64,000 bases of DNA, from NCBI GenBank assembly GCA_964384105.1, contig CAYLJV010000001.1, positions 192,001 through 256,000 on the forward strand, in the 5' to 3' direction. Source of the stretch: Candidatus Hadarchaeota archaeon (GTDB lineage: Archaea > Hadarchaeota > Hadarchaeia > Hadarchaeales > JAGGTB01). A program made the position numbers and the translations under genes. This document shows positions 38,246-48,429 of this stretch, in pieces (within the stretch, counting starts at the first letter, position 1; the number at the start of each line of letters is the position of its first letter). The notes under the pieces are model-generated. The model did not search any database. It saw only the letters and a program-made list of their open reading frames with translations, and was not told where the DNA came from.

Positions 38246-39556
38246 TTATTCGGTAAATTCCACGTCCAGATAATGTGTTGAGCAGGAGATGCAGGGGTCA
38301 TAGGCTCTTACCAGCATCTCTAGGTTAATTTCAATTTCTTCCTTTGGCTTACCTAAGATTTTTGGAACCATTTTTTCCATGTCTGCTTGTATATTTCCGT
38401 GATTCTGATTAGTAGGGATAATACAATTTGCTTCTTTACAGACTCCGTTTTTGTCATAAGTGTAATCGTGGAAGAGAATTCCTCTAGGTGCTTCGACTAC
38501 CCCGATTCCTCTACCTTTCTTCACATCTATGTCTGGTTGGTTATAAGGTCCCACAGGCTCTATGCCTCTGTTTTTTAGTTCTTCGATTATTCTAACTGAA
38601 TCTTCAATACTGTGTACACATTCTACTAGCTGTGCTATATTGTTCATGAACGGATTGTGGGTCATGGGTTTTATTCCAAATGTATTAGCAATTTCTTTTG
38701 CTGTGGTGGTTAGTTTTTCAAAGTTGTTATTCAGCCTCGCAAGGGCTCCTACCATGTAAGATTCTCTGTTGTGTTTAGTATATTTTGCAGTTGATTGTGG
38801 AACTATGTATTCGTTCGTGAAATCTAGATAGTTGTCCACTGGAGCAGTCCCTGTATCGGTAGAAGCTAAAATTCCGTCATATAAAGCATATTCATCTTCG
38901 GTTTTTAGTGAAATGAATTCGGTTTCTCTAGAGAAATCGGGGAATTTATTCGCTAGTTTTTTGAATAGGTTTTTGACTGTGTTTAAGTCTTCCATGGAGT
39001 TCTCAAGTCGTTTTTTGAGCTCTTCTAATTCTTCTTCAGAGGGAGTTTTTGAGAATCCTCCAGGAATAAGTCGCTGGGGATGTGTGGTTCTCCCTCCGGT
39101 CAGTTCTGACATTTCGTTTGCTAGTCTATGTAGTCTTATTACGGTTTTTACTTCTTCTTTGTGAGAGGAGACTAGAGGAACTATCGATTTAGAATCCATG
39201 AGATCTGGAAGAGCTAAGTACCCTAAGTGTAAAATGTGACTTTGAATATTTTCCCCGTGAAGGGCGAGTTTCCTTAAGAGTTTGTCTTGCTCTGAAATTT
39301 CAATATCTAATGCAGACTCAGTCGCTTTTAACGAAGCTAATGTATGAGCTATAGAGCATATCCCACATATTCTAGAGGTTATGTGATGTAGTTCTTTCCA
39401 GTTTCTCCCCACTACCATCGATTCGAAATATCTTGGTGATTCTACGACCTGCCATTCGCATTTTTTTATATTTCCATTGTTTGCGTTAACTACGATATTT
39501 CCGTGTCCTTCCACCCGAGTAAGATATTCAATATTTACGTCAACTTTTTTACTCAT
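38246..39556 (-). CDS. hydA: Group 3b NiFe hydrogenase large (alpha) subunit
   Basis: TRVEGHG, SRICGICSIAH (L1), EAPRG, AYDPCISCSTH (L2) plus an 8-aa tail. Confidence 0.95.
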   Translation of the reverse strand: MSKKVDVNIEYLTRVEGHGNIVVNANNGNIKKCEWQVVESPRYFESMVVGRNWKELHHITSRICGICSIAHTLASLKATESALDIEISEQDKLLRKLALHGENIQSHILHLGYLALPDLMDSKSIVPLVSSHKEEVKTVIRLHRLANEMSELTGGRTTHPQRLIPGGFSKTPSEEELEELKKRLENSMEDLNTVKNLFKKLANKFPDFSRETEFISLKTEDEYALYDGILASTDTGTAPVDNYLDFTNEYIVPQSTAKYTKHNRESYMVGALARLNNNFEKLTTTAKEIANTFGIKPMTHNPFMNNIAQLVECVHSIEDSVRIIEELKNRGIEPVGPYNQPDIDVKKGRGIGVVEAPRGILFHDYTYDKNGVCKEANCIIPTNQNHGNIQADMEKMVPKILGKPKEEIEINLEMLVRAYDPCISCSTHYLDVEFTE

Positions 39557-40304
39557 TTTCCATTGCCTCCTTCTGCCAGCCGAAATAGAGATTTAATTTT
39601 TTGAGTATTTCTTCTGAAGTTAGTCCATATTCCTCTAGTACTTCCTTGTAGGAGTCTGTATTTGGATTGTCTACCAAACCTCTACATCCCCAGCATATCG
39701 TCCCTTCATTTATACAACATGCATTGCATCCTGCTCTGGTAATTGGTCCTGCGCAGATTTCGTCTCTTTCGAAAGCGCAAATATTTTCGTTCAACTTACA
39801 TTCTAGACATACGGGGTAATTTGGGATGTATGGGTCCTTACCCACTAATAGAGATTTTGTTACTTCCAAAAACTCATCTCTATCTATTGGGCACCCATGG
39901 ACTTTGTAATCAACTGGTATAATCGCCTCTATCGGTTTTGCCTTGTTCCAAGACTCAAATAAATCCTTTTTCTCTCCATAAACTCTTTCTTTGGTTTTTT
40001 CAAGGTCTTCTGAATTTCTAATAGAGTTTATTCCTCCGATAGTGGCGCATGCACCTATAGCTACCACTGTGTCCGCATTTTCTCGGATTTTCTTTAGTCT
40101 CTTTTCTGCATGTGGTGTAGTGGCGGATCCTTCTACGAAGGCTATGTCATAGTCGTCACTATGTTCTTTCATGACTTCTCTGAAACTGACGACTTCCACT
40201 ACGTCCAGGAGATCTAGGATTTTCTCTTCTAAGTTCGCTATTTGTAGTTGGTCACCTTCACAGCCTGAAAAATCGAAGAAGGCTACCTTGGGTCTATCCT
40301 TCAT
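39549..40304 (-). CDS. hydD: Group 3b NiFe hydrogenase small (delta) subunit
   Basis: CEGD, VEGS, GACA..GG, GCP, VCLEC, CAGPITRAGC, CWGCRG. Confidence 0.92.
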   Translation of the reverse strand: MKDRPKVAFFDFSGCEGDQLQIANLEEKILDLLDVVEVVSFREVMKEHSDDYDIAFVEGSATTPHAEKRLKKIRENADTVVAIGACATIGGINSIRNSEDLEKTKERVYGEKKDLFESWNKAKPIEAIIPVDYKVHGCPIDRDEFLEVTKSLLVGKDPYIPNYPVCLECKLNENICAFERDEICAGPITRAGCNACCINEGTICWGCRGLVDNPNTDSYKEVLEEYGLTSEEILKKLNLYFGWQKEAMENE

Positions 40305-41134
40305 ACAAAGGCCTCCTCTAGGTCCTCAACTTCTTCGTAGTTGAACACGGGTCCGTCTTGACATACATATAATCCACCCATTTGGCAGTGCCCACATTTT
40401 CCTACCCCACACCTCATTCTTCTCTCGAAGGAGAGGAATCTATGATCCTTTGGAAGGCCCGCTTCATCAAGCTCTTTCATTACAAATTGGTACATGACTG
40501 GTGGGCCACATACGGCCGCATAGGTGGTCTCGGGATCGAAATCAAGTTCGGGTATTAATGTTGTTATAACTCCAATGTTTCCTTCCCAACAAACATCTTC
40601 TGGGCAATTATCAACTGTTTCTCTGCAATCTATATCGCATTCTTTTTTCCATCTCTCAAGATCGTCTAAGAACAGTCTCTCGCAAGGTTCTTTGCACCCA
40701 TAGAGAACGGTCGAGTCTCCAAACTGCTCTTTTTTGTCAATTACATAATTTATCAGGGATCTTAATGGGGCAAGACCCAAACCACCACCTATCATTATCA
40801 GATCCTTTCCTTCAAGTAACCCTAGATCGAATCCGTTACCGAAAGGCCCCCTGATTCCTACTTTGTCGCCTTCTTCCATATTATGAAGAGTTTTGGTCAC
40901 GCTTCCGACTGCTCTAACACATAGTTCGAAGAATAAACCAGTTGTGGGTGAAGATGAGATGGATATAGGGGCCTCTCCGATCCCAGGTACGTATACCTCT
41001 ACGAATTGACCGGGTATATGCTCTATCTCTTCTTCACTGTCTAATTTTACTCTAAATAGTTTGTCTTTACCCGTTAGAGTTTCTATTTCTAGAATAGTAG
41101 CTTTCTTTGATTTAAATAGAGATTCCCCATTCAC
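40301..41134 (-). CDS. hydG: Group 3b hydrogenase FAD/NAD(P)-binding gamma subunit
   Basis: PGQF, GEAPISISS, RGPFGNGF, CGPPVM, CGVGKCGHC...CQDGPVF. Confidence 0.93.
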   Translation of the reverse strand: MNGESLFKSKKATILEIETLTGKDKLFRVKLDSEEEIEHIPGQFVEVYVPGIGEAPISISSSPTTGLFFELCVRAVGSVTKTLHNMEEGDKVGIRGPFGNGFDLGLLEGKDLIMIGGGLGLAPLRSLINYVIDKKEQFGDSTVLYGCKEPCERLFLDDLERWKKECDIDCRETVDNCPEDVCWEGNIGVITTLIPELDFDPETTYAAVCGPPVMYQFVMKELDEAGLPKDHRFLSFERRMRCGVGKCGHCQMGGLYVCQDGPVFNYEEVEDLEEAFV

Positions 41135-42165
41135 ATTTCTCCCTCCTTTAATTTGTTGAATATTTTACAGGGGTCTGCTATATCGGGTATGCAATGAGAT
41201 CCGCATCTTCCGCATCCAACGCAGGATATATCTCCGTATTTGTCATGGATGTATTTTCCCTTTCTCATATATCGGTGTCTGTATCTTTCAGCTCTCGTTC
41301 TCCTAAAATTTTCTCCACTTGCTACTGCCGCAAATTCTCTAATTAGACACCCATCCCATCTTCTTTTTCGATGGCCTTCAGTCATGTCTATATGTGAAAG
41401 TTCTTCTAGATCAAAGCAGTAACAGGTGGGGCAAACGAGATTACAGCTTGCGCAACTAAAGCACTTCTCTGAATTCTTTTCCCAGAATTCCATATTATCA
41501 TAATTTTCTTCAAGGATAGTTGGAAGTTCTTCTACTGGAAAATCTAATTTCTTTTCAAATTTATCAACTATTTTTTCCTTTTTTTCTCTGACCTTGGCGA
41601 TTTCTTCCGATTTTGCGCTTCGCATCGGAACATTTTCTATAAGTTCGCTTCCTTTGGAGGAGCCGATTTCAATCGTGTATTTATCGTCTATGTGGGTGAG
41701 CATGAGGTCATATCCGGATTTAGTTGTAGCTGTCCCCATGCTACCAGCAAAAGACCACTCTGAGACATTTTCCATATTCACCCCTATCAAGAAGCATTTT
41801 TCTCGTTTGGTCAGATAGTTTGCATCCTCATAAGTGTCGGAGAAGATCTTGTCCATCTGTTCGATAGCTATCAGATCATAAGGGTGAATCCCTACGATTA
41901 TCTTAGGTTCTACTTCGACTACGGGTTCAACGGATATTTTATAAGGAGACTTCTTGAATCTCAGTATTGTTTCTCGGGGTGGCATGAAATATTTTTTAGG
42001 TGGTAACATTGTGACGTCATAATCGAGTCTTAATTCTTCAGAAGATTTTAATGGTCCAAACGCGAATTTTGATCCTTTGGATTTTACTCCTACTACTTCT
42101 CTTGGATCGTTTTCTATTAGATCATCCACGAAGTTTTCAAACTCTGCTTTGCCAATAGTTTTCAT
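41131..42165 (-). CDS. hydB: Group 3b hydrogenase Fe-S beta subunit
   Basis: CFSCASCNLVCPTCYCF, RRWDGC, CVGCGRC..HC. Confidence 0.93.
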   Translation of the reverse strand: MKTIGKAEFENFVDDLIENDPREVVGVKSKGSKFAFGPLKSSEELRLDYDVTMLPPKKYFMPPRETILRFKKSPYKISVEPVVEVEPKIIVGIHPYDLIAIEQMDKIFSDTYEDANYLTKREKCFLIGVNMENVSEWSFAGSMGTATTKSGYDLMLTHIDDKYTIEIGSSKGSELIENVPMRSAKSEEIAKVREKKEKIVDKFEKKLDFPVEELPTILEENYDNMEFWEKNSEKCFSCASCNLVCPTCYCFDLEELSHIDMTEGHRKRRWDGCLIREFAAVASGENFRRTRAERYRHRYMRKGKYIHDKYGDISCVGCGRCGSHCIPDIADPCKIFNKLKEGEM

Positions 42166-42436
42166 TTTTCACCTCTTATGTTCTGAGGGATAATTTCCTT
42201 CCAGAGTCTATCGGTAGAATCAGATTTGATGTGGCCCTTGGTAGTTTTGGAATTTTTTTACTTTTCTTTATGATTTCTTTTATTGAAACATTGCTAGGTA
42301 AAAGCTGTTTTATAAGGGGTTTAGTTAACAGTGTTATCTCCCGCTTGATTACCTATATTAATATGAAGTTTAATAACTAATGAGGGGGACTGAATGTTCA
42401 ATATTTCTATTTTTATCTAACAAAATGCGAAAGGGG

Positions 42437-42913
42437 ATGGTTAAAATTGTCGAATATTTAGATGAGACTGATAAAAAAATAGTCCAGTATGTGTGTAGGG
42501 GTACATATTCCTATTCTGAGCTCGCTGAGATCGTGGGGGTTAGTCGAAATACGATTTATCGAAGGCTTAGTAGACTGGAAGACAGTGGTGTGATTAAAAA
42601 GAGAGTAATGGCAATTCTTGACTTTGAAAAAATAGGTTTTTCTTCGATCATAGTTTGTTTGAAGGTAGGGCTAGGTGATTTGGAAAAAACGGTAAATTTT
42701 CTTAAAGGTTTAGAACAGGTTAAGTTTCTCTGGAAAACATATGGGGAGTATGAGGTCGTCGCGGTCCTTATGTGCGACAAGAGGAATGTTGGAACCTGCA
42801 TTAACAATTTGAAAGAGGCATTAGAGAAGCTGAAAGTGGAAGTGAATGAGTTTAATGCGGCACCGAGTATATCTTGGGAAAAGGTTGAATTAGCGCCTCA
42901 TAATGAATTGTAG
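42437..42913 (+). CDS. Lrp/AsnC family regulator, divergent from the hydrogenase operon
   Basis: LDETDKKI...SYSELAEIVGVSRNTIYRRL..LE..GVI; GEYE. Confidence 0.88.
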   Translation: MVKIVEYLDETDKKIVQYVCRGTYSYSELAEIVGVSRNTIYRRLSRLEDSGVIKKRVMAILDFEKIGFSSIIVCLKVGLGDLEKTVNFLKGLEQVKFLWKTYGEYEVVAVLMCDKRNVGTCINNLKEALEKLKVEVNEFNAAPSISWEKVELAPHNEL

Positions 42914-42973
42914 TTCTGCTTTTTAATCAAAAGACAATTAAACTTAAAATCCAAATTACACCCAGATGATCAA

Positions 42974-43201
42974 ATGAGTAAGAAAAAAGGTAAAAGATGT
43001 CCGGATTGTGGCGGAAAGGGAATACCGACTGGTAAGACTTGGCCCTTGACAAGCCCAATGGCATTGATGGGTGGAAAACTCATAATCATGGGAACTTTCG
43101 AGTGCGAAGAGTGCGGAAAAAAGTTTAGAAAGAAAGTAAAAGAGATGCCGCTTGAAGGACCTGAAGCTAAGGAAGAAATGAAGAAGTCAAAAGAAGATTA
43201 A
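42974..43201 (+). CDS. Small basic Zn-ribbon protein, Cren7-like
   Basis: CPDCG...KTWPLTSP...IMGTFECEECGKKFR resembles Cys-containing Cren7 proteins. Confidence 0.6.
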   Translation: MSKKKGKRCPDCGGKGIPTGKTWPLTSPMALMGGKLIIMGTFECEECGKKFRKKVKEMPLEGPEAKEEMKKSKED

Positions 43202-43423
43202 CTATCGACTTTCAAGTTTGTTTAGAAGGATCTTATAATCGGCTTTGATGGTTGGGTCTTCTTCTTTCAAAATTATTTTTCCAAAATTATTTTTGAAGTC
43301 CTCCAGATCTACGGATTTTTGTATAAGTTTTTCTACTGTTTTTTCTAGGTTGGATGTAGATGTTAGATATGGTTGAATTGACGTGATCATATCTCTGAGT
43401 TTTTCTTTTTCATTCTCTTTCAT
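43202..43423 (-). CDS. Hypothetical protein
   Basis: 73 aa ORF with a GGTGAGG ribosome-binding site, downstream of the Lrp gene. Confidence 0.6.
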   Translation of the reverse strand: MKENEKEKLRDMITSIQPYLTSTSNLEKTVEKLIQKSVDLEDFKNNFGKIILKEEDPTIKADYKILLNKLESR

Positions 43424-43431
43424 TTCCTCAC

Positions 43432-43878
43432 CTACATGTCTAGTAAATCTTCTTTGTAAGTTCTGATTGCCATTGTTATTTTAACGTCCTTTACTCCTTG
43501 ATAGGTACTGACTCTGTCTTCTACAAAGTCACTTATAGTACCCCTATCCTGTGCTCTAACTTTTGCTATCAACCCATGATTTCCTGTAGTTTTGTGTACT
43601 TCGCAGACTCCTTTACAACGTGAAAGGACACCTGCCACCCTTCCGGCTTCTGCGGAATCTACATCGATGTTGAGAAAGGCTACAATATCATATCCTGCTT
43701 TTTCAGGGTCGATCTTTGCAGTATAATTTTTGATTACATCTTCTCTCTCTAATTTTTTGATCCTTCTTCTTACACCTGATTTGCTTAGCCCAACTTCTCC
43801 TGATAATTTGCTTAAAGTTTCTTTTCCGTTCTCCATTAACATTTTCAGAATCTTAATATCAATACTGTCTAACTCCAA
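43432..43878 (-). CDS. Lrp/AsnC family regulator
   Basis: LDSIDIKIL..L, GLSKSGVRRRIKKLE, Y.AKIDP.K.G, TTG. Confidence 0.93.
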   Translation of the reverse strand: MELDSIDIKILKMLMENGKETLSKLSGEVGLSKSGVRRRIKKLEREDVIKNYTAKIDPEKAGYDIVAFLNIDVDSAEAGRVAGVLSRCKGVCEVHKTTGNHGLIAKVRAQDRGTISDFVEDRVSTYQGVKDVKITMAIRTYKEDLLDM

Positions 43879-44005
43879 GAATATCTCCTCGTCCAGCCCC
43901 TTTAGTTGAAGAGCCTGGTATTAGATAGTCTCACTCTAAATATTTATCAGTTTACCATATTCCAATTTTGAGGTTTGATCTAGATGTACGTCTCCAGGAT
44001 TAAAT

Positions 44006-45205
44006 CTAATAGACCTGCAGTTCTCCTGCCAGTATTCTTCCAGAAAGCGATTCTATATCTTCTAACTTTTCTTCGGCAATGTTTTTACTTTCTTTTTCTA
44101 ACGCAGAAATTTTTTCTTCTTTTTCCGGAACTATTTGTATAGTTAGAATTTGTGGCTGATCGATTGGTTTTCCTATTCGACTCAGAGCTTTAACAAAAAC
44201 TTCTTCAATGCCCTCAACTTTTTCCGAAATTTCTTTAGCTATTTCTCCGGATAGCAGGTTGTACAATTTTCCTACATGGTTTACTGGATTTTTTCCGGCG
44301 GCAGCTTCTAAGGACATTGGTCTCCCAAATGAGATAAGTCCGTTTGATCGGTTTCCCCTACCAGTCATTCCGTCATCCCCCTGCTCTGCTGAAGTGCCGG
44401 TTACTGTATAGTATATCACACCCTTTTCCTCATCGTCTGCCGTGTTTATGTGAACTTTTACTTGTTTGTCTGTGATTTTGGTTGCCAGATTTTCTACGTG
44501 ATCTTTTACTTCATTCTTCAGGGAGATATAGTGATCCAAATCGTCTAGTAGACCAGAGATAGTAGCCATAGCAATTGTTAGATCAATGTGTTGATTTTCT
44601 CTTTGGGCCATCACCTTTATGTCTTCTCCAACTGCAGGAAATTTTCTTTTAATTTTATCAGAGTTCAGCGATTTCTCGGTTTCCATTACTAGTTTTTCTG
44701 TTTCAGAGAGCGGCGCATATCCAACTCCTATGGACGTATCATTTGCTGAGGGTATTCCCTTTCTTTCGAAGACATCCTTTAAGTCCACTGAACCACTGCC
44801 TATTCTTGATTCAAGCTCAAGGTGCTTCTCTGTGTCTAAAAATCTAACTATGTTTTCTAGAAATTCCTTTGCGGATTTCTTCGCTATTTCATCTATGGGT
44901 ATTTCTTCATCCCCAGCGTATTTAGTTCCTCTACCGGACAGGACGATGTGAATTGGTTTTTCTATTTTCCCACCTCTGAACTCCGTTTTTGCGCTACCAC
45001 CCACAATCAGGACTTTGTCAGTATTGTGATGTAGAATACTACCAAATCTATCCAAGTACTCCTGACTTAGTGCTCTGCTAACTGCCTCAGATAGTCCGTC
45101 TGCTAGAGTGTCAGGATGTCCGATCCCTTTACGTTCCACGATTTCTATGTTCTGATTTTCAATTCCGTGACATCGATATTCTTCGACTATAATATTTCTA
45201 TTCAT
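44006..45205 (-). CDS. mat: Archaeal S-adenosylmethionine synthetase
   Basis: VERKGIGHPD, HHNTDK, ANDTS, GEDIKVM, GRGNR.NG, GKNPVNHVGK. Confidence 0.96.
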   Translation of the reverse strand: MNRNIIVEEYRCHGIENQNIEIVERKGIGHPDTLADGLSEAVSRALSQEYLDRFGSILHHNTDKVLIVGGSAKTEFRGGKIEKPIHIVLSGRGTKYAGDEEIPIDEIAKKSAKEFLENIVRFLDTEKHLELESRIGSGSVDLKDVFERKGIPSANDTSIGVGYAPLSETEKLVMETEKSLNSDKIKRKFPAVGEDIKVMAQRENQHIDLTIAMATISGLLDDLDHYISLKNEVKDHVENLATKITDKQVKVHINTADDEEKGVIYYTVTGTSAEQGDDGMTGRGNRSNGLISFGRPMSLEAAAGKNPVNHVGKLYNLLSGEIAKEISEKVEGIEEVFVKALSRIGKPIDQPQILTIQIVPEKEEKISALEKESKNIAEEKLEDIESLSGRILAGELQVY

Positions 45206-45391
45206 TAAGCCACCAAGTATTATCTATTTTCCAACCACCCATTGTTCTCATCTAATTTAATTATAACCCATTTTTATGGATAAATTGGTCTGTATAGTTT
45301 TTTGAACTCTATAGTGAAATAGTGGTACTTAAGTATTGCAAAATTTGATTAGATTGAATTTAGAAATGAACATTTAGAGGGTAGGAAGCCA

Positions 45392-46129
45392 ATGTTTGAT
45401 GATGCTACAAAAAATCGGGTTGCAAGATGGATAGCTGGTGATATTTCCTTATCCGAGGATCCCGGGTCTTCTATAAAACGTTGGAGGGGTAAGTTCGGAA
45501 TAAAGCAGAAGACTTTGGCTAAAGAAATAGAGATTTCCCCATCGGTTATAAGTGATTATGAGTCGGGAAGGCGAAAATCTCCGGGTGCAGGGGTAATAAG
45601 AAAAATAGTCGAGGCACTCATAAGGGCGGATGAAGAAACTGGAGGACAGGTTACTCGGGCTTTTGCTCATAGGTTTGGGGCATATCTACCTCCGGAAATA
45701 GTACTTAGTATGAGTGAATTTGAAAATCCTATAGATGGTAATAAGCTTGTCGAAATAGTCCAGGGTAAAACTCTTGCTAACGAGGAATCGCTTGATAGGA
45801 AGATATTTGGATATACTGTTATAGACGGTCCAAAGGCTGTTTTGGAACTTTCTTCGGAGGATTTTATGGGCTTATATGGATTAACTACGGAGAGAGCTCT
45901 GATTTTTACTGGTGTTTCAACGGGGAGGTCACCTCTGATAGCTATAAAGGTTCGAGGAATAAATCCCGGTGCCGTGATATTACATGGAAAGATAGATAAA
46001 CCAGATAGACTGGGAGTAAAAATAGCGGAGAGATTAAAAATTCCGTTAATATTGTCCCAGATTAGTGAAGTTGATGATTTGATTAAGAATCTTCGCAACT
46101 TTACTACCATAAACGACAATCGTCGATAA
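45392..46129 (+). CDS. Conserved archaeal XRE-HTH regulator preceding HMG-CoA synthase
   Basis: IAGDI, SPSVISDYESGRRKSPG, GYTVID, RALIFTGVSTGRSP. Confidence 0.85.
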   Translation: MFDDATKNRVARWIAGDISLSEDPGSSIKRWRGKFGIKQKTLAKEIEISPSVISDYESGRRKSPGAGVIRKIVEALIRADEETGGQVTRAFAHRFGAYLPPEIVLSMSEFENPIDGNKLVEIVQGKTLANEESLDRKIFGYTVIDGPKAVLELSSEDFMGLYGLTTERALIFTGVSTGRSPLIAIKVRGINPGAVILHGKIDKPDRLGVKIAERLKIPLILSQISEVDDLIKNLRNFTTINDNRR

Positions 46130-46217
46130 TTTTCTAGACAATTGACAGTAAAGCTTTTATGATATATCGGACCGTTGGAAGTTAAACAGATACTCGATAA
46201 TTTTTGGAGGCTTGTGA

Positions 46218-47264
46218 ATGGTTACTTCAATAGTAGGTTATGGTGTATACATACCAAAATACAGAATAAAGGTAGAGGAAATAGCGGAAATTTGGGGTTC
46301 TGAACCTGAACAGATTAAAAATGGTCTTTTCATAAAAGAGAAGTCTGTTCCTGGACCTGATGAAGATACTGCTACAATATCGGCGGCAGCTGCAAGAAAT
46401 GCAATAAAGAGATCTCAAATAGATCCACAGGATATCGGTGCGATCTATGTTGGTTCAGAATCCCATCCTTATGCTGTGAAGCCTACTGCTACGATGGTCG
46501 CTGAAGCTATTAGGGCGACTCCTAATTTGACAGCTGCGGATTACGAATTTGCATGTAAAGCGGGGACTGCTGCTGTTCAGTCTTGTATGGGTTTGGTGGA
46601 ATCAGGTATGTGTAAATATGGCCTGGCGATTGGTGCCGATACAGCTCAAAGTAAACCTGGTGACCCTTTAGAATATACTGCAGCAGCTGGTGGTGGGGCG
46701 TTCATAATAGGTCATGATGGTGATAGTTCTATCGCAAGGATTGATGGGACTTACTCTTACACTACAGATACTCCTGATTTCTGGAGGCGAGAAATGGAAC
46801 CCTATCCGGAGCATGGAGGTCGATTTACGGGAAAGCCAGCTTACTTCAAACACGTCCTTTCGGCCGCTAATGGATTATTAAGAAAACTTCAACTTACTTC
46901 TGAAGAATTTGATTACGTGGTTTTCCATCAACCTAATGGTAAATTCCCCCTGAGAGCGGCAAAAAGGCTCGGTTTTTCAAAAGAAAAGGTTATGCCAGGT
47001 CTTATGACTCCTGAGATTGGAAATACTTATTCTGGCGCTACTTTGGTCGGTCTTGCAGCGGTCTTGGATCAAGCCAAACCTGAAGATCGGATTTTGGTAG
47101 TTTCTTTTGGTTCGGGGGCGGGGAGTGATGCTTTTGCGCTTACAGTTGAGGAAGGTATAAACGATAATCCGGATTCTGTACCAAGTGTGTCGGATTATGT
47201 GGAAAATAAGGCGTATATCCATTATGGGGAATATGCAAAATCAAGGAAATTGCTGGTGAGATAA
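46218..47264 (+). CDS. Hydroxymethylglutaryl-CoA synthase
   Basis: [41 protein letters not shown]. Confidence 0.96.
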   Translation: MVTSIVGYGVYIPKYRIKVEEIAEIWGSEPEQIKNGLFIKEKSVPGPDEDTATISAAAARNAIKRSQIDPQDIGAIYVGSESHPYAVKPTATMVAEAIRATPNLTAADYEFACKAGTAAVQSCMGLVESGMCKYGLAIGADTAQSKPGDPLEYTAAAGGGAFIIGHDGDSSIARIDGTYSYTTDTPDFWRREMEPYPEHGGRFTGKPAYFKHVLSAANGLLRKLQLTSEEFDYVVFHQPNGKFPLRAAKRLGFSKEKVMPGLMTPEIGNTYSGATLVGLAAVLDQAKPEDRILVVSFGSGAGSDAFALTVEEGINDNPDSVPSVSDYVENKAYIHYGEYAKSRKLLVR

Positions 47265-47265
47265 A

Positions 47266-48429
47266 TTGAGAGATGTAGCTGTTATTGGAATAGGGGTTAC
47301 AAAGTTTGGAGAACTTTGGGATACCTCATTTAGAGACCTATTTGTAGATGCTGGTTTGAGAGCGCTTGAGGATGCGGAGATGGATGGTGGAGAAATTGAT
47401 GCACTGTATGTGGGTAATATGTCTGCGGGTCAGTTTATTCAGCAGGAACATGTGGCTTCTCTTATTGCAGATCATGCAGGTTTAGTTCCTGCACCCTGTA
47501 CCCGGGTGGAAGCTGCTTGTGCTTCAGGTGGGCTTGCACTTAGACAGGCTTTCATCTCTGTAGCTTCAGGGATACATGATATTGTAGTGGCAGGTGGTAT
47601 TGAGAAAATGACGGATATCCTTTCAGATCAAACTACTGGAGCTTTGGCTACTGCGGCTGATCGGGAATGGGAGGCATATGTTGGAACTACTTTCCCTGGT
47701 TTATATGCTCTGATGGCTAGGAGGCACATGCATAATTTTGGTACAACTAAGGAACAAATGGCTGAGGTAGCTGTTAAAAATCATAAGAACGGAGTTCTTA
47801 ATCCTTATGCACAGTACCAGAGAGAAATAACAGTAGAAACAGTGCTGAATTCCCCGGTTGTAACTGAGCCTTTAAATCTCTTTGATTGTTCTCCGATTAG
47901 TGATGGTGGCGCTGCCATAATTCTGGCCCCCATCGAAAAAGCAAAAGAATATTCGGACACGCCGATCACGATAGCTGGTTCAGGGCAAGCAAGTGGTACC
48001 CTTTCTTTGCACGATCGAAAAACATTGACAGGGATATTGGCGTCGGAGCAAGCTGCAAAGATGGCTTATGAGATGGCGGATGTAGGTCCTAAAGACATTG
48101 ATTTAGCGGAGGTTCACGATTGTTTTACGATTGCTGAAATAATGGCAATAGAAGATCTTGGTTTTTGTGAGAAAGGAGAGGGAGGTAAGATGGTAGAAGA
48201 AGGAGAAACATATCCAGATGGTAGCATTCCTGTGAATGTTAGTGGGGGGTTGAAGGCCAAAGGTCATCCTGTTGGGGCTACTGGTATTGCTCAAGCTGTG
48301 GAGGTTGTGACGCAATTAAGAGGGGAAGCTGGTAAGAGACAGATTGAAGGAGCGAAAATAGGCTTAACTCATAATGTGGGAGGTTCGGGGGGAACGGGTG
48401 TCGTGCACATTTTGAAGAGAGGTGATTAG
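47266..48429 (+). CDS. Acetoacetyl-CoA thiolase
   Basis: [33 protein letters not shown]. Confidence 0.95.
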   Translation: MRDVAVIGIGVTKFGELWDTSFRDLFVDAGLRALEDAEMDGGEIDALYVGNMSAGQFIQQEHVASLIADHAGLVPAPCTRVEAACASGGLALRQAFISVASGIHDIVVAGGIEKMTDILSDQTTGALATAADREWEAYVGTTFPGLYALMARRHMHNFGTTKEQMAEVAVKNHKNGVLNPYAQYQREITVETVLNSPVVTEPLNLFDCSPISDGGAAIILAPIEKAKEYSDTPITIAGSGQASGTLSLHDRKTLTGILASEQAAKMAYEMADVGPKDIDLAEVHDCFTIAEIMAIEDLGFCEKGEGGKMVEEGETYPDGSIPVNVSGGLKAKGHPVGATGIAQAVEVVTQLRGEAGKRQIEGAKIGLTHNVGGSGGTGVVHILKRGD

